Notes: generated by a model not told the origin, from the sequence alone. A stretch of 64,000 nt of DNA from Limnochordia bacterium (GCA_050951545.1 JBMNJG010000004.1:224001-288000), one strand, 5' to 3'. Counted from the first letter of the stretch, positions 36,826 to 47,512 are shown. Made by a program: numbers and translations.

Positions 36826-39012
36826 GTGCTCATGCGCCTGCGAAATGTGTCTTTCCGCCACCCAGGTGACAGGAGACCTGTACTGTCAGATGTGAACCTG
36901 AGCGTAGAGCGCGGAGAGTGGGTGAGCGTCGTTGGCCCCACTGGCAGTGGCAAGTCGACATTGGGGCGCCTATGCGCCGGATTGCTCGTCCCTGATCGAG
37001 GACACGTCCACAGACACGATGGGCTCCGCGTTGGTTGGATGCCTCAGGATGCCACCGACGCTATCGTGGCCTCGACAGTAGGCGAGGACGTGGCCTTTGG
37101 TCCCGCCAATCTCGGTCTGCGTGGCGCGGAGCTGGAAGCCCGAGTGCTGGAGAGCCTGCTTGCCGTCGGTCTTGACGCAACGTATGTAGAACGCGACCCA
37201 CTCTCCTTGTCGGGCGGGGAGTGTCAACGCGTGGTCCTTGCCGGGTTGCTGGCCATGCAACCGTCACTGCTCATTCTAGATGAACCCACCGGCATGTTGG
37301 ATGGACCGTCGCGCCGGATCTTCCTGAGTACCCTTAGTAAAGCCATCGCCACACACGGTCTCGCAGTTATCTGCATCACGCATGACCTACATGAAGCTGG
37401 ATGTGCCTCTCGAGTCGTCGCCATTCAAGAGGGGCGAGTCATCAACGAGGGGACACCCGAGCGAGTCTTGTCTTCGTCCTCGGTAAGGGCCGCGTTGCAT
37501 GGGCGCGTAGGTGCCCTGTGTGACTCACCAGTATCCTGCAACGGGCCAGTCAGGCCCGTGGAGGTGCAGCTTGCTCTCTCCAGTTTTTCCTATAGTTCAC
37601 TGGCGGGTTCGGGTGAGGTCCTTAAGGATGTGTCGCTTCGTATCCGCCCAGGCGCCAAGGTGGCTATTACCGGAAGATCCGGAGCAGGCAAGAGCACACT
37701 CCTGCTCGCGGTGGCTGGGCTTCTGAAGGTAGACGATGGTGTTCTGTCGTATGGTAGCCGGGTGATCAGTGATAACGCTGATAGGCGCTGGCTACGAAGC
37801 CAAGTGGGTATAGCCCTGCAGCACCCAGAGCGGCAGCTGTTTGCGGACTCAGTATGGAATGAGGTGATGTTCGGTCCGCTGAATCTCGGCGAGAACCGTT
37901 CGGAAGCTCAACAGCTGGCTGATATGGCCATGCGCTGTGCTGGCCTAGATCCTGATGTGCTGGGCCCGCGTAGCCCGTTCGCGCTGAGTGGCGGTGAGCA
38001 GCGGCAGGTGGCTCTGGCGTCTGTCTTGGCCACCAAATCGCCTTTGCTCATTCTGGATGAGCCTACTGCTGGGCTGCATCAGGGGGCCGCTAAGCAGATC
38101 ATGTGCTCCATCGATCACTATCTGCAGAGCACAGGAGCTTCGTGCTGTATAGCTACGCACGATCTGGAGCTGGCCCAGGCTTGGGCTGATGAGCATCAGG
38201 TGTTACGTGCCGAAGGGAGAGGCGCGCGCACCAGGCGCCAGCGGCCATTTTACGCTGAGGCTCACAGTACACCATCGCCTATGCAGAATCTGGACCCGCG
38301 GGCCACGATCTTGGCCACTAGCTTGCTTGCACTGGCGGCGACTGTGATTGACAGCTGGCGAGGCTGGTTTGTCCTGGTGGGTGGTCTCGTTCTGATCTAC
38401 GGCGTGGCGCGTGTATCGCTGATGTCCTTCTCCCGCCTTGTGCGTCCCTTTCTGCCGCTGGCTTGCGTGGCCGTGCTGCTGAGCAACGAGGGGAGCGGGG
38501 GGAGCCCCCTGGCGAACCTAGGGAGTTGGGTTTATAGCACAGCAGACCTCAAGGCTGGTCTATGGTCAGCGGCGAAGATGCTTTTGCTGGTCAGTAGCGT
38601 TGGTTGGCTGACACTCACTACCGCTCCAAGGCGCCTTGTGGAAGGGCTGCGTCTTTTGGTGCGCTTCGTCCCTGGCGTGGATGAAGATCGTCTTGGTATG
38701 GGCATCTTAGTTGCCTTTCGGTTTGTGCCCATCGTAAGAACCGAAGCAAAATGGCTCCGTCTGGCGCAGACCGCCCGCGGGGCGGATCTGCAGAAGGGCG
38801 TGGTTGGGGTCTACCGTAGACTAGTCAGCACGGTAGTGCCGCTCTTGGCAGGTGTCTGGCGTCGAGCGGATGCTTTGGCAGAAGCTCTGGTCATGCGCGG
38901 CTACGGAGCGCATCGCTCTAATGATGATTCGCAGGGTCTGGGGCGCGATGAGCTGTTGCTGTTGGTTGGGGTGCTCACGCTAATGCTCGTGTCAGTTCTG
39001 CTGGATGGGTGA
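36826..39012 (+). CDS. fused energy-coupling-factor module EcfA-EcfA'-EcfT
   Basis: Two ABC domains (GPTGSGKST/LSGGE/LDEPT and GRSGAGKST/LSGGE/LDEPT), then a CbiQ/EcfT region (LDPR, AQTARG, ALVMRGY); canonical ecf position between rplQ and truA. Confidence 0.85.
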   Translation: MLMRLRNVSFRHPGDRRPVLSDVNLSVERGEWVSVVGPTGSGKSTLGRLCAGLLVPDRGHVHRHDGLRVGWMPQDATDAIVASTVGEDVAFGPANLGLRGAELEARVLESLLAVGLDATYVERDPLSLSGGECQRVVLAGLLAMQPSLLILDEPTGMLDGPSRRIFLSTLSKAIATHGLAVICITHDLHEAGCASRVVAIQEGRVINEGTPERVLSSSSVRAALHGRVGALCDSPVSCNGPVRPVEVQLALSSFSYSSLAGSGEVLKDVSLRIRPGAKVAITGRSGAGKSTLLLAVAGLLKVDDGVLSYGSRVISDNADRRWLRSQVGIALQHPERQLFADSVWNEVMFGPLNLGENRSEAQQLADMAMRCAGLDPDVLGPRSPFALSGGEQRQVALASVLATKSPLLILDEPTAGLHQGAAKQIMCSIDHYLQSTGASCCIATHDLELAQAWADEHQVLRAEGRGARTRRQRPFYAEAHSTPSPMQNLDPRATILATSLLALAATVIDSWRGWFVLVGGLVLIYGVARVSLMSFSRLVRPFLPLACVAVLLSNEGSGGSPLANLGSWVYSTADLKAGLWSAAKMLLLVSSVGWLTLTTAPRRLVEGLRLLVRFVPGVDEDRLGMGILVAFRFVPIVRTEAKWLRLAQTARGADLQKGVVGVYRRLVSTVVPLLAGVWRRADALAEALVMRGYGAHRSNDDSQGLGRDELLLLVGVLTLMLVSVLLDG

Positions 39013-39791
39013 TGTTGTTGCGTAACATCAAGCTAACGCTTTCGTATGATGGTACGGCCTACCGGGGGTTTCAGGATCAGGGGCCAGGTGTGCCGACCAT
39101 CCAGGGGACCCTGGAGGCGGCGGTGCACAAGCTCACCGGCGAGCGCCTGCGCATCACGGGCGCTGGACGAACAGACGCTGGGGTGCATGCTCTGGGCCAG
39201 GTTGTCAACATACGCACCGAGGGGAGCATTCCGGTCGAGCGCTGGCCCTACGCCCTCAACGCGGTACTGCCTCGAGATATTGTGGTGCGTGATGCCTGCT
39301 TGGTGTCTCCTGCGTTCCATGCTCGGCTCTGTGCGATGAGGAAGCACTATCGGTATACGATTGACAATGGCCCTTTCCCATGCGTTTTTTTGCGGCATTA
39401 CGCGTATCGGGCCCATCGCACGCTCGACGTGGATGCTATGGCCGCGGCAGCTCGGTTGCTCGAAGGGAAGCATGATTTTGCCGCTTTTCGTGCTGTGGGC
39501 AGCAGCAGTGAAAGCAGCGTGCGAACCTTGTACGAGCTACGCGTGGAACGCCATGGCGACATGATTCATGTTACGGCTTGCGCTGACGGCTTCCTGTACA
39601 ACATGGTGCGTATCCTTGTCGGGACGCTCTTGGAAGTAGGGAAGGCGAAACAGCCACCGAAGTGGGTCAGTGGGCTTCTAGCGAGTGGTAAGCGTCAGTT
39701 GGCAGGTGAGACTGTGCCCGGATTGGGGTTATGTCTCTTAGCGGTTGACTACGAACCACAAGCGAGCTCAACAACTGATAGTCCGAGGTGA
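39009..39791 (+). CDS. truA: tRNA pseudouridine(38-40) synthase TruA
   Basis: YDGT.YRGFQ, GAGRTDAGVHA and FLYNMVR. Confidence 0.96.
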   Translation: MMLLRNIKLTLSYDGTAYRGFQDQGPGVPTIQGTLEAAVHKLTGERLRITGAGRTDAGVHALGQVVNIRTEGSIPVERWPYALNAVLPRDIVVRDACLVSPAFHARLCAMRKHYRYTIDNGPFPCVFLRHYAYRAHRTLDVDAMAAAARLLEGKHDFAAFRAVGSSSESSVRTLYELRVERHGDMIHVTACADGFLYNMVRILVGTLLEVGKAKQPPKWVSGLLASGKRQLAGETVPGLGLCLLAVDYEPQASSTTDSPR

Positions 39792-39795
39792 GATG

Positions 39796-41091
39796 ATGAT
39801 TCAGTCAGGATTTGCTATAACCGATATCACCCCACCCGTGGGCGCCTGCATCCCGGGCGGTTTCTCTCCGATTGTGTCAACTGGGATAAATGACCCTTTG
39901 CGCGTCCGCGCTGCGGTGATTTGTGATGATACCACAGCGCTAGCTCTGGTGGGGGTGGACGCGGTCTCTCTGTCTACAGAGGACGTGCTGCAAGCACGGC
40001 AGCAAGCGGAAGCCCTTTGCGCCATTCCAGCAGCGAGCATCATTATCGCAGCCAGTCACACGCACACCGGAGGCTCCGCCAACGATGTGCTAGGCACTCC
40101 GTCCGACACTCACTACCGACAGCACATCGTGCAGCAAATCGCCAGTGCTATCGCTTTGGCGCATGCAAGACGCGTTCCATGCGAGCTAGGATGGGGTGTA
40201 GGCGAGGCGTCCGGTCTGGCCTGGAATCGCCGCTGGGTGCTGAAAGACGGTCGGCATGCTACTCATGCAGACCCCAGTAATGAAGAGGTCATCGGGCGAG
40301 CGGGTCCTGATGATCCCCAGGTTGTACTGCTTGCAGCACGCGATCTTGATGGCCATGTGCTCGGCTTTGTGGGCAATTTCGCTTGCCATTGCACTTTGCG
40401 AGGGGGAAGGGCCTTTTCCGCTGACTATCCAGGTGCGTGGAACGATCAGCTCGAGCGATTCACCGGGGCGCCATTAGTCTTCCTTAACGGTGCCATGGGG
40501 GATGTCACCCAGATCAACCGTGATGCAGGCTTTGCCTACCCACAGAAAGGCGAGCCAGTTATCCGGCGTTTTGCGCACAAGCTCACTGGTGAGTCGCTGA
40601 AGCTCTTGGCAGATATGCATTTCACCGGTGACGCATCGTTGACCATCGCCACTGAAATCATCGAGATGCCATTCCGTGTTCCTGATGCTATACAGCTGGC
40701 ACAGGACCGAAAGATGCTCGAGGCAGCAGCCCCGAGCGACCACTCGCGTGATGTGGTCTTTGCTCGTGAGCGCCTGCTGTTGCAGGAGTACATAGAGCAG
40801 CATGGTACTGCGCGATGTGAGGTCATCTGCATGCGCATTGGCGACCTGGCGATCACATCGAGTCCGGGGCAGATGTTCTGCTCGTTCGGGTTAGACATGA
40901 AGAAGCAATCACCGTTCTCAGCGACGATGGTGGTCTCGCTCGCCAATGGCAACATCGGTTACGTGCCCACCGCTGAGGCCATCGCCAAGGGCGGCTACGA
41001 GCCTACTCTGTGCCGCGGGAGCCGCTCTGTGCCGGAAGCTGGCGACCGCATTGTGGCAGTTTCAAGTCGCCTACTCAGGAAGCTTGCCTAA
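39796..41091 (+). CDS. neutral/alkaline ceramidase-like hydrolase
   Basis: DITPP..DPL.VRA, ASHTHTG, NFACH, SADYPG and GYVPT..GGYE motifs. Confidence 0.7.
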   Translation: MIQSGFAITDITPPVGACIPGGFSPIVSTGINDPLRVRAAVICDDTTALALVGVDAVSLSTEDVLQARQQAEALCAIPAASIIIAASHTHTGGSANDVLGTPSDTHYRQHIVQQIASAIALAHARRVPCELGWGVGEASGLAWNRRWVLKDGRHATHADPSNEEVIGRAGPDDPQVVLLAARDLDGHVLGFVGNFACHCTLRGGRAFSADYPGAWNDQLERFTGAPLVFLNGAMGDVTQINRDAGFAYPQKGEPVIRRFAHKLTGESLKLLADMHFTGDASLTIATEIIEMPFRVPDAIQLAQDRKMLEAAAPSDHSRDVVFARERLLLQEYIEQHGTARCEVICMRIGDLAITSSPGQMFCSFGLDMKKQSPFSATMVVSLANGNIGYVPTAEAIAKGGYEPTLCRGSRSVPEAGDRIVAVSSRLLRKLA

Positions 41092-41127
41092 AGTGCCTCG
41101 TATCGCGCTCTCGGTGCTCTTGCAGGC

Positions 41128-41156
41128 TTGACTAGCTCGGTTCATTGCTCTAGAAT
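41128..41156 (+). promoter_or_regulatory. promoter of rplM-rpsI
   Basis: TTGACT-17 bp-TAGAAT. Confidence 0.65.
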
Positions 41157-41286
41157 GGACTGTGGTTTCGTATAGCTCAAGCAACGAGGAAGACGGTCCC
41201 CCCGCTGGCCGCCTCCTGCCGAGCTTGGCAAAACGGCTTGTGTACCATATGGGCAGGGAAATCGCCCAGCTTTGGGAGGATGGCAC

Positions 41287-41730
41287 ATGCAACAGCGGAC
41301 CTTCATGGCGAAGGAAGCTGATCTAGACAAGACATGGTATGTGATTGATGCCGCTGGTCAGCGACTGGGCCGCTTGGCTACTCAAGTGGCAAAGGTGTTG
41401 CGGGGTAAGCATAAGCCAGAGTTTACTCCGCACATTGACAGTGGTGACTACGTGATCGTCATCAACGCTGATAAAGTTGAGCTTACAGGCAACAAACTCC
41501 AAAAAAAGATATACTATCGACACAGTCAGTATCCGGGTGGCTTAAGGACACGGCCAGCATCTGATATGCTAGCTAGGCATCCGGAAAAGGTCATCGAACT
41601 GGCTGTGCGGGGTATGCTTCCGCACAACTGCCTGGGTCGGCGTCAGTTAAGCAAGCTGAAGGTATACGCTGGACCCAATCATCCACATGCAGCGCAGCAA
41701 CCGCAGCCTTTGGTGGCCGAGGGGAGGTAA
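41287..41730 (+). CDS. rplM: 50S ribosomal protein L13
   Basis: [21 protein letters not shown]. Confidence 0.98.
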   Translation: MQQRTFMAKEADLDKTWYVIDAAGQRLGRLATQVAKVLRGKHKPEFTPHIDSGDYVIVINADKVELTGNKLQKKIYYRHSQYPGGLRTRPASDMLARHPEKVIELAVRGMLPHNCLGRRQLSKLKVYAGPNHPHAAQQPQPLVAEGR

Positions 41731-41736
41731 CAGATT

Positions 41737-42138
41737 TTGGCGGTACCTGTAGTTGATCAATACTCGAGTTCCGGACGCCGCAAGACAGCAGTCGCGCGTG
41801 TCAGGATCAAACCCGGTAGTGGCCGCATCCAGATCAATGGCCGTGAGCTAGATGCCTACTTCGGTCGTCCCACTCTACAGTTGGTCGTGCGTACCCCCCT
41901 GCAGGTAGCTGGGGTAGAGGGTCAGTACGATGTCATCGCGAGTGTGCATGGCGGAGGGCTGGCAGGACAGGCGGGCGCTGTGCGACATGGCATCGCGCGA
42001 GCCTTGCTCGAGGTAGACGAAGAGATGCGCAAGCCTCTCAAAGTCGCTGGCTTGCTTACGCGCGATCCGCGCATGAAAGAGCGTGTCAAGTACGGTCTCA
42101 AGAAGGCCCGTAAGGCACCTCAGTTCTCCAAGCGCTAA
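41737..42138 (+). CDS. rpsI: 30S ribosomal protein S9
   Basis: [10 protein letters not shown] and [11 protein letters not shown]. Confidence 0.98.
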   Translation: MAVPVVDQYSSSGRRKTAVARVRIKPGSGRIQINGRELDAYFGRPTLQLVVRTPLQVAGVEGQYDVIASVHGGGLAGQAGAVRHGIARALLEVDEEMRKPLKVAGLLTRDPRMKERVKYGLKKARKAPQFSKR

Positions 42139-42278
42139 TACGTACACTAGCTGCACCTACGCAAGCGAAAGTGGGCAGCTGTGAAGAAGATATCAGGCCC
42201 GGGCGATGTCCCGGGCCTTGTGTCCCGCGTGACACGTTACGAAAGCTGCAGTGGCGGCAGAAGTGGCAGGTGCCAGCT

Positions 42279-43310
42279 TTGAATGGGTTTCCACAGGGGA
42301 AGAACCTGACCCATGTGAAATCAAGCAATCTTTCCGCTGTCTTGGAGGCTATTATGCGCCTCGGACCAATATCCCGCATCGAGATCTCTTCCCTAACTGG
42401 CTTGACCTCTTCGACCATTACCAACCTAGTCAATGAACTCCTCTACCATGGGCTCGTATGCGAGTCGGGTAGCGCCGCATCGCAAGGCGGACGTAGGCGC
42501 ACTCTGCTCAGCTTGAACGTGGATGCCTGCTGGCTAGGTGCCATTGCCGTGCAAGAAAGTCGCATACAAGGAGCCTTGCTCAATCTAGCGGCTGAGACCC
42601 GTTGGCACGTCGAAGAGTCCTATACCGATGCAGCAGTGGCGTGCGAGCAGCTAGGTGAGCGTCTGCTCGGGCTCGCGGCCACTCAGGGACAACCAGTCGT
42701 GGGCTTCGGTATCGGCAGTTCGCCTCATGTGGCGCTTCCTCCTACCGTGATGCACAAGCTGCAGCTACCGGTGACGACAGATACTGAAGTGCGCGTATCT
42801 GCTCTGGGAGAGGCCTGGTTTGGCGTAGGCAGCGAGGTGCGCTCGTTGGCCTATGTCTCCGCAGATCAGCCAATGGCTGTGGGTATGGTGATGGACCGCC
42901 AGCTGTACCGGGGCGCACACGGGATAGCGGGGCTCCTACCTTGTGCAGCCTGCACGGATCTGCAGACGATGGTCGAGCAGGGCCAGCAGGGCCACCCGAC
43001 GGTACAAGAGGGGCTGCGGAGCCTTGCTGTGGTAGTGGCCCTAACCATGGGTCTGTACGATCCTCAGGCGGTGGTGGTGGGCGGATCCCTTGCCGAGTGG
43101 TTCCCAGGGCTTCCGGCCGCCCTCATGAATTGTGACATACTGAGGGAGCTGGGGGTAAGCCGCCAGCAGCCCGTTCTCTTTACCTCGAAGCTGGGCAGAG
43201 AGGCAACTGTGGTGGGAGCAGCCTGCCTAGTGCTGCAAGAGTTTGTTGCGCATCCCATTGAGTTCCTATCCAGTGCCAGAGCGATTGCGCAAGCTGCGGC
43301 TGGTGGCTAG
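42279..43310 (+). CDS. ROK family transcriptional regulator (divergent; start uncertain)
   Basis: N-terminal HTH ISRIEISSLTGLTSSTITNLVNELL followed by GGRR; ROK remnants ALGEAWFG and YRGAHGIAG. Confidence 0.8.
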   Translation: MNGFPQGKNLTHVKSSNLSAVLEAIMRLGPISRIEISSLTGLTSSTITNLVNELLYHGLVCESGSAASQGGRRRTLLSLNVDACWLGAIAVQESRIQGALLNLAAETRWHVEESYTDAAVACEQLGERLLGLAATQGQPVVGFGIGSSPHVALPPTVMHKLQLPVTTDTEVRVSALGEAWFGVGSEVRSLAYVSADQPMAVGMVMDRQLYRGAHGIAGLLPCAACTDLQTMVEQGQQGHPTVQEGLRSLAVVVALTMGLYDPQAVVVGGSLAEWFPGLPAALMNCDILRELGVSRQQPVLFTSKLGREATVVGAACLVLQEFVAHPIEFLSSARAIAQAAAGG

Positions 43311-45680
43311 CTACTGGGGCACAGATGTCTGAGGCACCTCATCTGTCGTATCGTTCTCAGGTGTTATCTCCGCCGCAGGGGACGGAGGGGCTTCTGGGCT
43401 ATCAACAACGGCTTCGTCGGGCGTCTCGGCAGCAACTAGGGCTGCAGGTTCCGGACTAGGGGTCTCGACAGTTTCTGGCTGAGTTGGTCTAGAGACGGTT
43501 GACACCCGGGGACGCGGCTGGCTTGCCTGCGGCGTGTCGGTTGGCAACAGTCGGCGAGGAACTACTGGCGTCTGCACTACCTCTTGTCTGGACTCTTCCT
43601 GCAGTGGAGACTGGCGCTCGGACTCGAAAAACGCAGATGCTGGGGGTTCAACAAGGCTTAGCGGATAGAGCAGTCCGGCCGGCAGAGACATCGGATCGTC
43701 TCCGAACAAACCACCAGGCATGTTGGCCAGAGCCTGAGGCAGATCCTGCGATTGGGCAACCCCGATTCTGTAGGGTTGGGGCTGGGCGGCGGCATTCCAG
43801 TAACACGGAGCAACCTGGGTAGGTAAGGTACCTGGTACGAATGCATCGCGCTCCTGGGATCTGCATTTTGACCCCGCGATTTTTCCTGTAAACGGGTCCA
43901 CAGGGATGTTTGTCTGAACTCCCACAGGTACAGAAAAGCCTTGCACTGGCTCGTCACTCAAGGCAGCTACAGCGAACTTGCCCCAAATGGGTGCTGCTAA
44001 GCTTCCACCGCCCAGACTGAGAGGCTGGCGAGTGTCGTGACCCACATAGACCGTGGCCGACAGTTGCGGCGTATAACCCACAAACCAGGCACTCAACGTG
44101 TTGTTGGTGGTTCCCGTCTTGCCAGCCTGTGGTCGGCCGATGTTGGCTGCAGTGCCCGTCCCTTGCTCTACGACTGATTGCAGCATATTGGTCATCAGGT
44201 AGGCTACCTCTTCATTGAGAACTCGTCGTGAGTGGGGGCGATGGCGAAAGATGAGACGGCCGCGAGCATCGTATACCTGCTCAATGGCGTAGGGCTCGTT
44301 ATAGAAGCCACCGTTGGCAAAGACCGCGTAGGCCGCAGCCATGTCCAATGGTATGACACCCTTGGTCAACCCTCCTAGAGCAAGAGCCAGATTGCGGTCA
44401 TCAGGAAGAAGTAGGGTGCCAATGCCGAGCCTTTTGGCCATCTCTATTCCCGCATCAACGCCGATCTGTTTGAGTAGCCGTACAGAGGCCGTGTTAAGCG
44501 ACCGAGTCAATGCGAACTTGAGCGTCACCGAGCCCCAGTACTCCCCTTTGAAGTTCTCCGGCCGATACCCATTGAAGTCTCCCGGATGATCCACGAGCAG
44601 GTAGTTCATAGGCAGCCCCTGCTCCAACGCTGCTGCATAGACGAACGGCTTGAAGGCCGATCCAGGTTGGCGCACGGCCTGAGTTGCTCGGTTGAACTGA
44701 CTCTCGACATAGTCTCGCCCACCTACCATGCTGCGGATGGCACCGTCCGTCGGGTCTATGGCTACGATCGCGCCTTGGGATTTGCCTAAGGCCTCACGCG
44801 CTGCTCTTTGCATCTTCAGATCGAGCGTGGTATGAACACGCAACCCACCACGATGGACCGCAGTGGCACCGTAGCTTTCGATCAGCTGTGCAGAGACGTA
44901 GTCGACAAAGTAGGGAGCCAACCCACCGCGCAAGCCCGCCAAGCTCAGGGGCTCATTCTTGGCAGCCTCTGCTTGCTCCGCCGTGATATAGGCGAGATCG
45001 ATCATCCGCTCCAGAACCAGATCACGGCGGGCGAGAGCTTTGTCTGGGTTGCTATATGGGCTCAGTGTCGAAGGCGCCTTAGGAAGGCCAGCAAGTAGTG
45101 CGGCTTCAGAGAGAGTCAGCTCTGATACGGGTTTTCCGAAGTAGGTAAGTGCGGCATCGGCAATACCGTAGGCGCCTTCTCCGAAGTAGATCGTGTTGAG
45201 GTATATCTCCAGAATACGGCTCTTGGAGTACCGCATCTCCAACAGAAGAGCTAGCAGCATCTCAGCTGCCTTTCTTTGGACTGTCTTCTCTGGCGACAGA
45301 TAGAGCACTCTGGCCAATTGCTGGGTAATAGTGCTGGCCCCCTGCGCCCGTCTACCGCGTTTCAGATCAACCCAGAGTGCTCGGGCAATGCCCCTGATAT
45401 CGATGCCCGGGTGTAGGAAGAAGCGGCTGTCTTCGATGGCGATGATGGCTTGCTGCATTTCGGGAGTAATCTCAGCAAGTGAGATGAACGCCTGTTTTCT
45501 CGTACCTAACGTGGCTATCTGCTCACCGTTACGATCGAAGAGCGTGGCAGCCTCACCGTCGGCCTCCGGGTCCAGACGGATTACGCGTATGGCCGCTGCT
45601 GCAACCCAGGCCAGCAAAGGGATGAGGAGCAGTAGTAGGAGCACTTTGAGAACTCGCAGCCAGCGAGAATGCCGACGCAT
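43311..45680 (-). CDS. class A penicillin-binding protein (PBP1A family) with a Pro/Glu-rich C-terminal tail
   Basis: Transglycosylase motifs EDSRF and GASTITQQL; transpeptidase motifs SAFK, SLN and KTG. Confidence 0.93.
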   Translation of the reverse strand: MRRHSRWLRVLKVLLLLLLIPLLAWVAAAAIRVIRLDPEADGEAATLFDRNGEQIATLGTRKQAFISLAEITPEMQQAIIAIEDSRFFLHPGIDIRGIARALWVDLKRGRRAQGASTITQQLARVLYLSPEKTVQRKAAEMLLALLLEMRYSKSRILEIYLNTIYFGEGAYGIADAALTYFGKPVSELTLSEAALLAGLPKAPSTLSPYSNPDKALARRDLVLERMIDLAYITAEQAEAAKNEPLSLAGLRGGLAPYFVDYVSAQLIESYGATAVHRGGLRVHTTLDLKMQRAAREALGKSQGAIVAIDPTDGAIRSMVGGRDYVESQFNRATQAVRQPGSAFKPFVYAAALEQGLPMNYLLVDHPGDFNGYRPENFKGEYWGSVTLKFALTRSLNTASVRLLKQIGVDAGIEMAKRLGIGTLLLPDDRNLALALGGLTKGVIPLDMAAAYAVFANGGFYNEPYAIEQVYDARGRLIFRHRPHSRRVLNEEVAYLMTNMLQSVVEQGTGTAANIGRPQAGKTGTTNNTLSAWFVGYTPQLSATVYVGHDTRQPLSLGGGSLAAPIWGKFAVAALSDEPVQGFSVPVGVQTNIPVDPFTGKIAGSKCRSQERDAFVPGTLPTQVAPCYWNAAAQPQPYRIGVAQSQDLPQALANMPGGLFGDDPMSLPAGLLYPLSLVEPPASAFFESERQSPLQEESRQEVVQTPVVPRRLLPTDTPQASQPRPRVSTVSRPTQPETVETPSPEPAALVAAETPDEAVVDSPEAPPSPAAEITPENDTTDEVPQTSVPQ

Positions 45681-45883
45681 AGCATCTCACCCCGTAGCCA
45701 GTGGCTGGGAAGTACAGACGGACAGCTTCCTCGCACTAGTATTGGATATCTGAGGTGGTAGCATGCGGAGGGAGATGACCGACTCTGTTCGGCAAGGCTG
45801 TGGCGTGGTATGCTGGCACTGTGGCAGGGTTGGAAAAGTGCCGACGACTGCCGAAACCAGTGAGAGTTCGGGGTGTAGTTTCG

Positions 45884-46201
45884 TTGAGGATGATCATATG
45901 TCCGCGGTGTCTAGGGTCATTTCGAACCCTATACCAGGAAGGCAAGCAAGAGCGATGTCCCTACTGCGCTCACTTGGTTGTGCATCATCGGAGGCTGACG
46001 AAGGTTGCGCAGTATCTGCATGAGAGCGAAGCATCACCTGAGGAACTCCAACAATGGCTGTGCGAATATCTAGCCTTCTTAGGCACATGGTGCTCAGAGC
46101 AAGAAGCCTTGGATCTGTGCATGCTGGATGCGTTGGCCAGACAGTTGGATATGCTTACTCGAGAGATAGCCAGCTGTCGTCGGCGTCTTCAGAACGACTA
46201 G
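45884..46201 (+). CDS. hypothetical protein with an N-terminal Zn-ribbon
   Basis: CPRC...CPYC; GGGGTG RBS; co-oriented and closely spaced with the next gene. Confidence 0.5.
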   Translation: MRMIICPRCLGSFRTLYQEGKQERCPYCAHLVVHHRRLTKVAQYLHESEASPEELQQWLCEYLAFLGTWCSEQEALDLCMLDALARQLDMLTREIASCRRRLQND

Positions 46202-46226
46202 GCTGTGAAAGGGTGCCCTCTCCAGG

Positions 46227-47495
46227 ATGAGTGAAGCAATTCGTTTGCCGCATATGGTGAGAATCAGGCAACATCGATCCGTTCCGTGTACTGATGACCC
46301 GGAGACAACTGCTAGGGAGGTGCTGCGTCAAGCGGGCATCGCTCACTGGGTGAAGCCAGGCGATAAAGTTGCTGTGGGCTGTGGATCCAGAGGTATTGCC
46401 TCCTACGCGCATGTGGTACGCGGCGCCATTGCAGCTCTCAAGGAGGCAGGAGCCTCCCCCTTGATCATGCCAGCGATGGGCAGCCACGGTGGCGCCATCG
46501 CCAAAGGACAGGTGGCTGTGCTGGCTGCTGCGGGTATCACCGAGCAAAGCATGGGTGTTCCTGTCGTGGCGGGCATGGATGTCGTAGAGCTCGGAGTGAT
46601 CCCTGGCGGGCCATCAGTGTTTTTCGATCGGCGGGCAATGGAAGCAGATGGGGTGATGGTTGTCAACCGGGTGAAACCCCATACAGATTTTCGTGGCGAT
46701 CTGGGCAGCGGCCTGATAAAGATGATGGTGATTGGCTTTGGCAAGGAACGCGGGGCGCAAGCCATCCATGCCTACGGAGTGCGGGGACTCAAAGAGATGG
46801 TACCAGAGGCAGCCAAGATCATCCTTGACAAAGTGAGAGTGCTGCCCGGAGTGGCAATCGTAGAGAATGCCCTTGAACAGCCTGCCTTTATCCGGGCCCT
46901 CACTCCTGAGCAACTGTGGACGGGAGAGCAGGAGTTAATGCAGCTCGCCCAAGAGCACATGGCTCGCCTACCCGTGGAACAGCTGGATCTTTTGGTAGTG
47001 GACAAGATGGGTAAAGACATCAGTGGCTCTGGGATGGACACCAATGTAATAGGGCGTCTGTACATAGCTGGCGAGGCTGAGTTTTCGTCGCCGCGCATAA
47101 GCCGCATTGCCGTTCTAGATCTGACCGCAGCGTCACATGGCAATGCAGCAGGTGTAGGCTTGGCAGACGTCATTACTGACCGTTTGCGGGCCAAGATTGA
47201 CGAACGGGCCACAAACATCAACACCATCACCTCCACATTCTTAGAACGCGGCCGCCTTCCTATTTCCTTTCCGACCGACAGAGAGGCCATTGAGACAGCT
47301 CTGCGGTGCGCATGGCAGCCGGATGTAGAAGAAGCACGGGTCATTCGGGTATCCAGTACGCTAGAGCTAACGCAGATGCTGGTATCGACCGCAGTATGGG
47401 AGGAGGAGTTGCGTGGGCGGCCTGACATAGAGACGCTGAGCGAACCTATGCCTTGGCACTTCACCTCCGATGGAGAGCTGTGCATGCCGTGGTAG
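46227..47495 (+). CDS. lactate racemase (LarA/DUF2088)-like or DUF362-like protein
   Basis: GSRGI, PAMGSHGGA, NRVKPHTDF and GKDISGSGMDTNVIGR. Confidence 0.75.
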   Translation: MSEAIRLPHMVRIRQHRSVPCTDDPETTAREVLRQAGIAHWVKPGDKVAVGCGSRGIASYAHVVRGAIAALKEAGASPLIMPAMGSHGGAIAKGQVAVLAAAGITEQSMGVPVVAGMDVVELGVIPGGPSVFFDRRAMEADGVMVVNRVKPHTDFRGDLGSGLIKMMVIGFGKERGAQAIHAYGVRGLKEMVPEAAKIILDKVRVLPGVAIVENALEQPAFIRALTPEQLWTGEQELMQLAQEHMARLPVEQLDLLVVDKMGKDISGSGMDTNVIGRLYIAGEAEFSSPRISRIAVLDLTAASHGNAAGVGLADVITDRLRAKIDERATNINTITSTFLERGRLPISFPTDREAIETALRCAWQPDVEEARVIRVSSTLELTQMLVSTAVWEEELRGRPDIETLSEPMPWHFTSDGELCMPW

Positions 47496-47512
47496 GGAGG
47501 CCAGGTGTGCTA

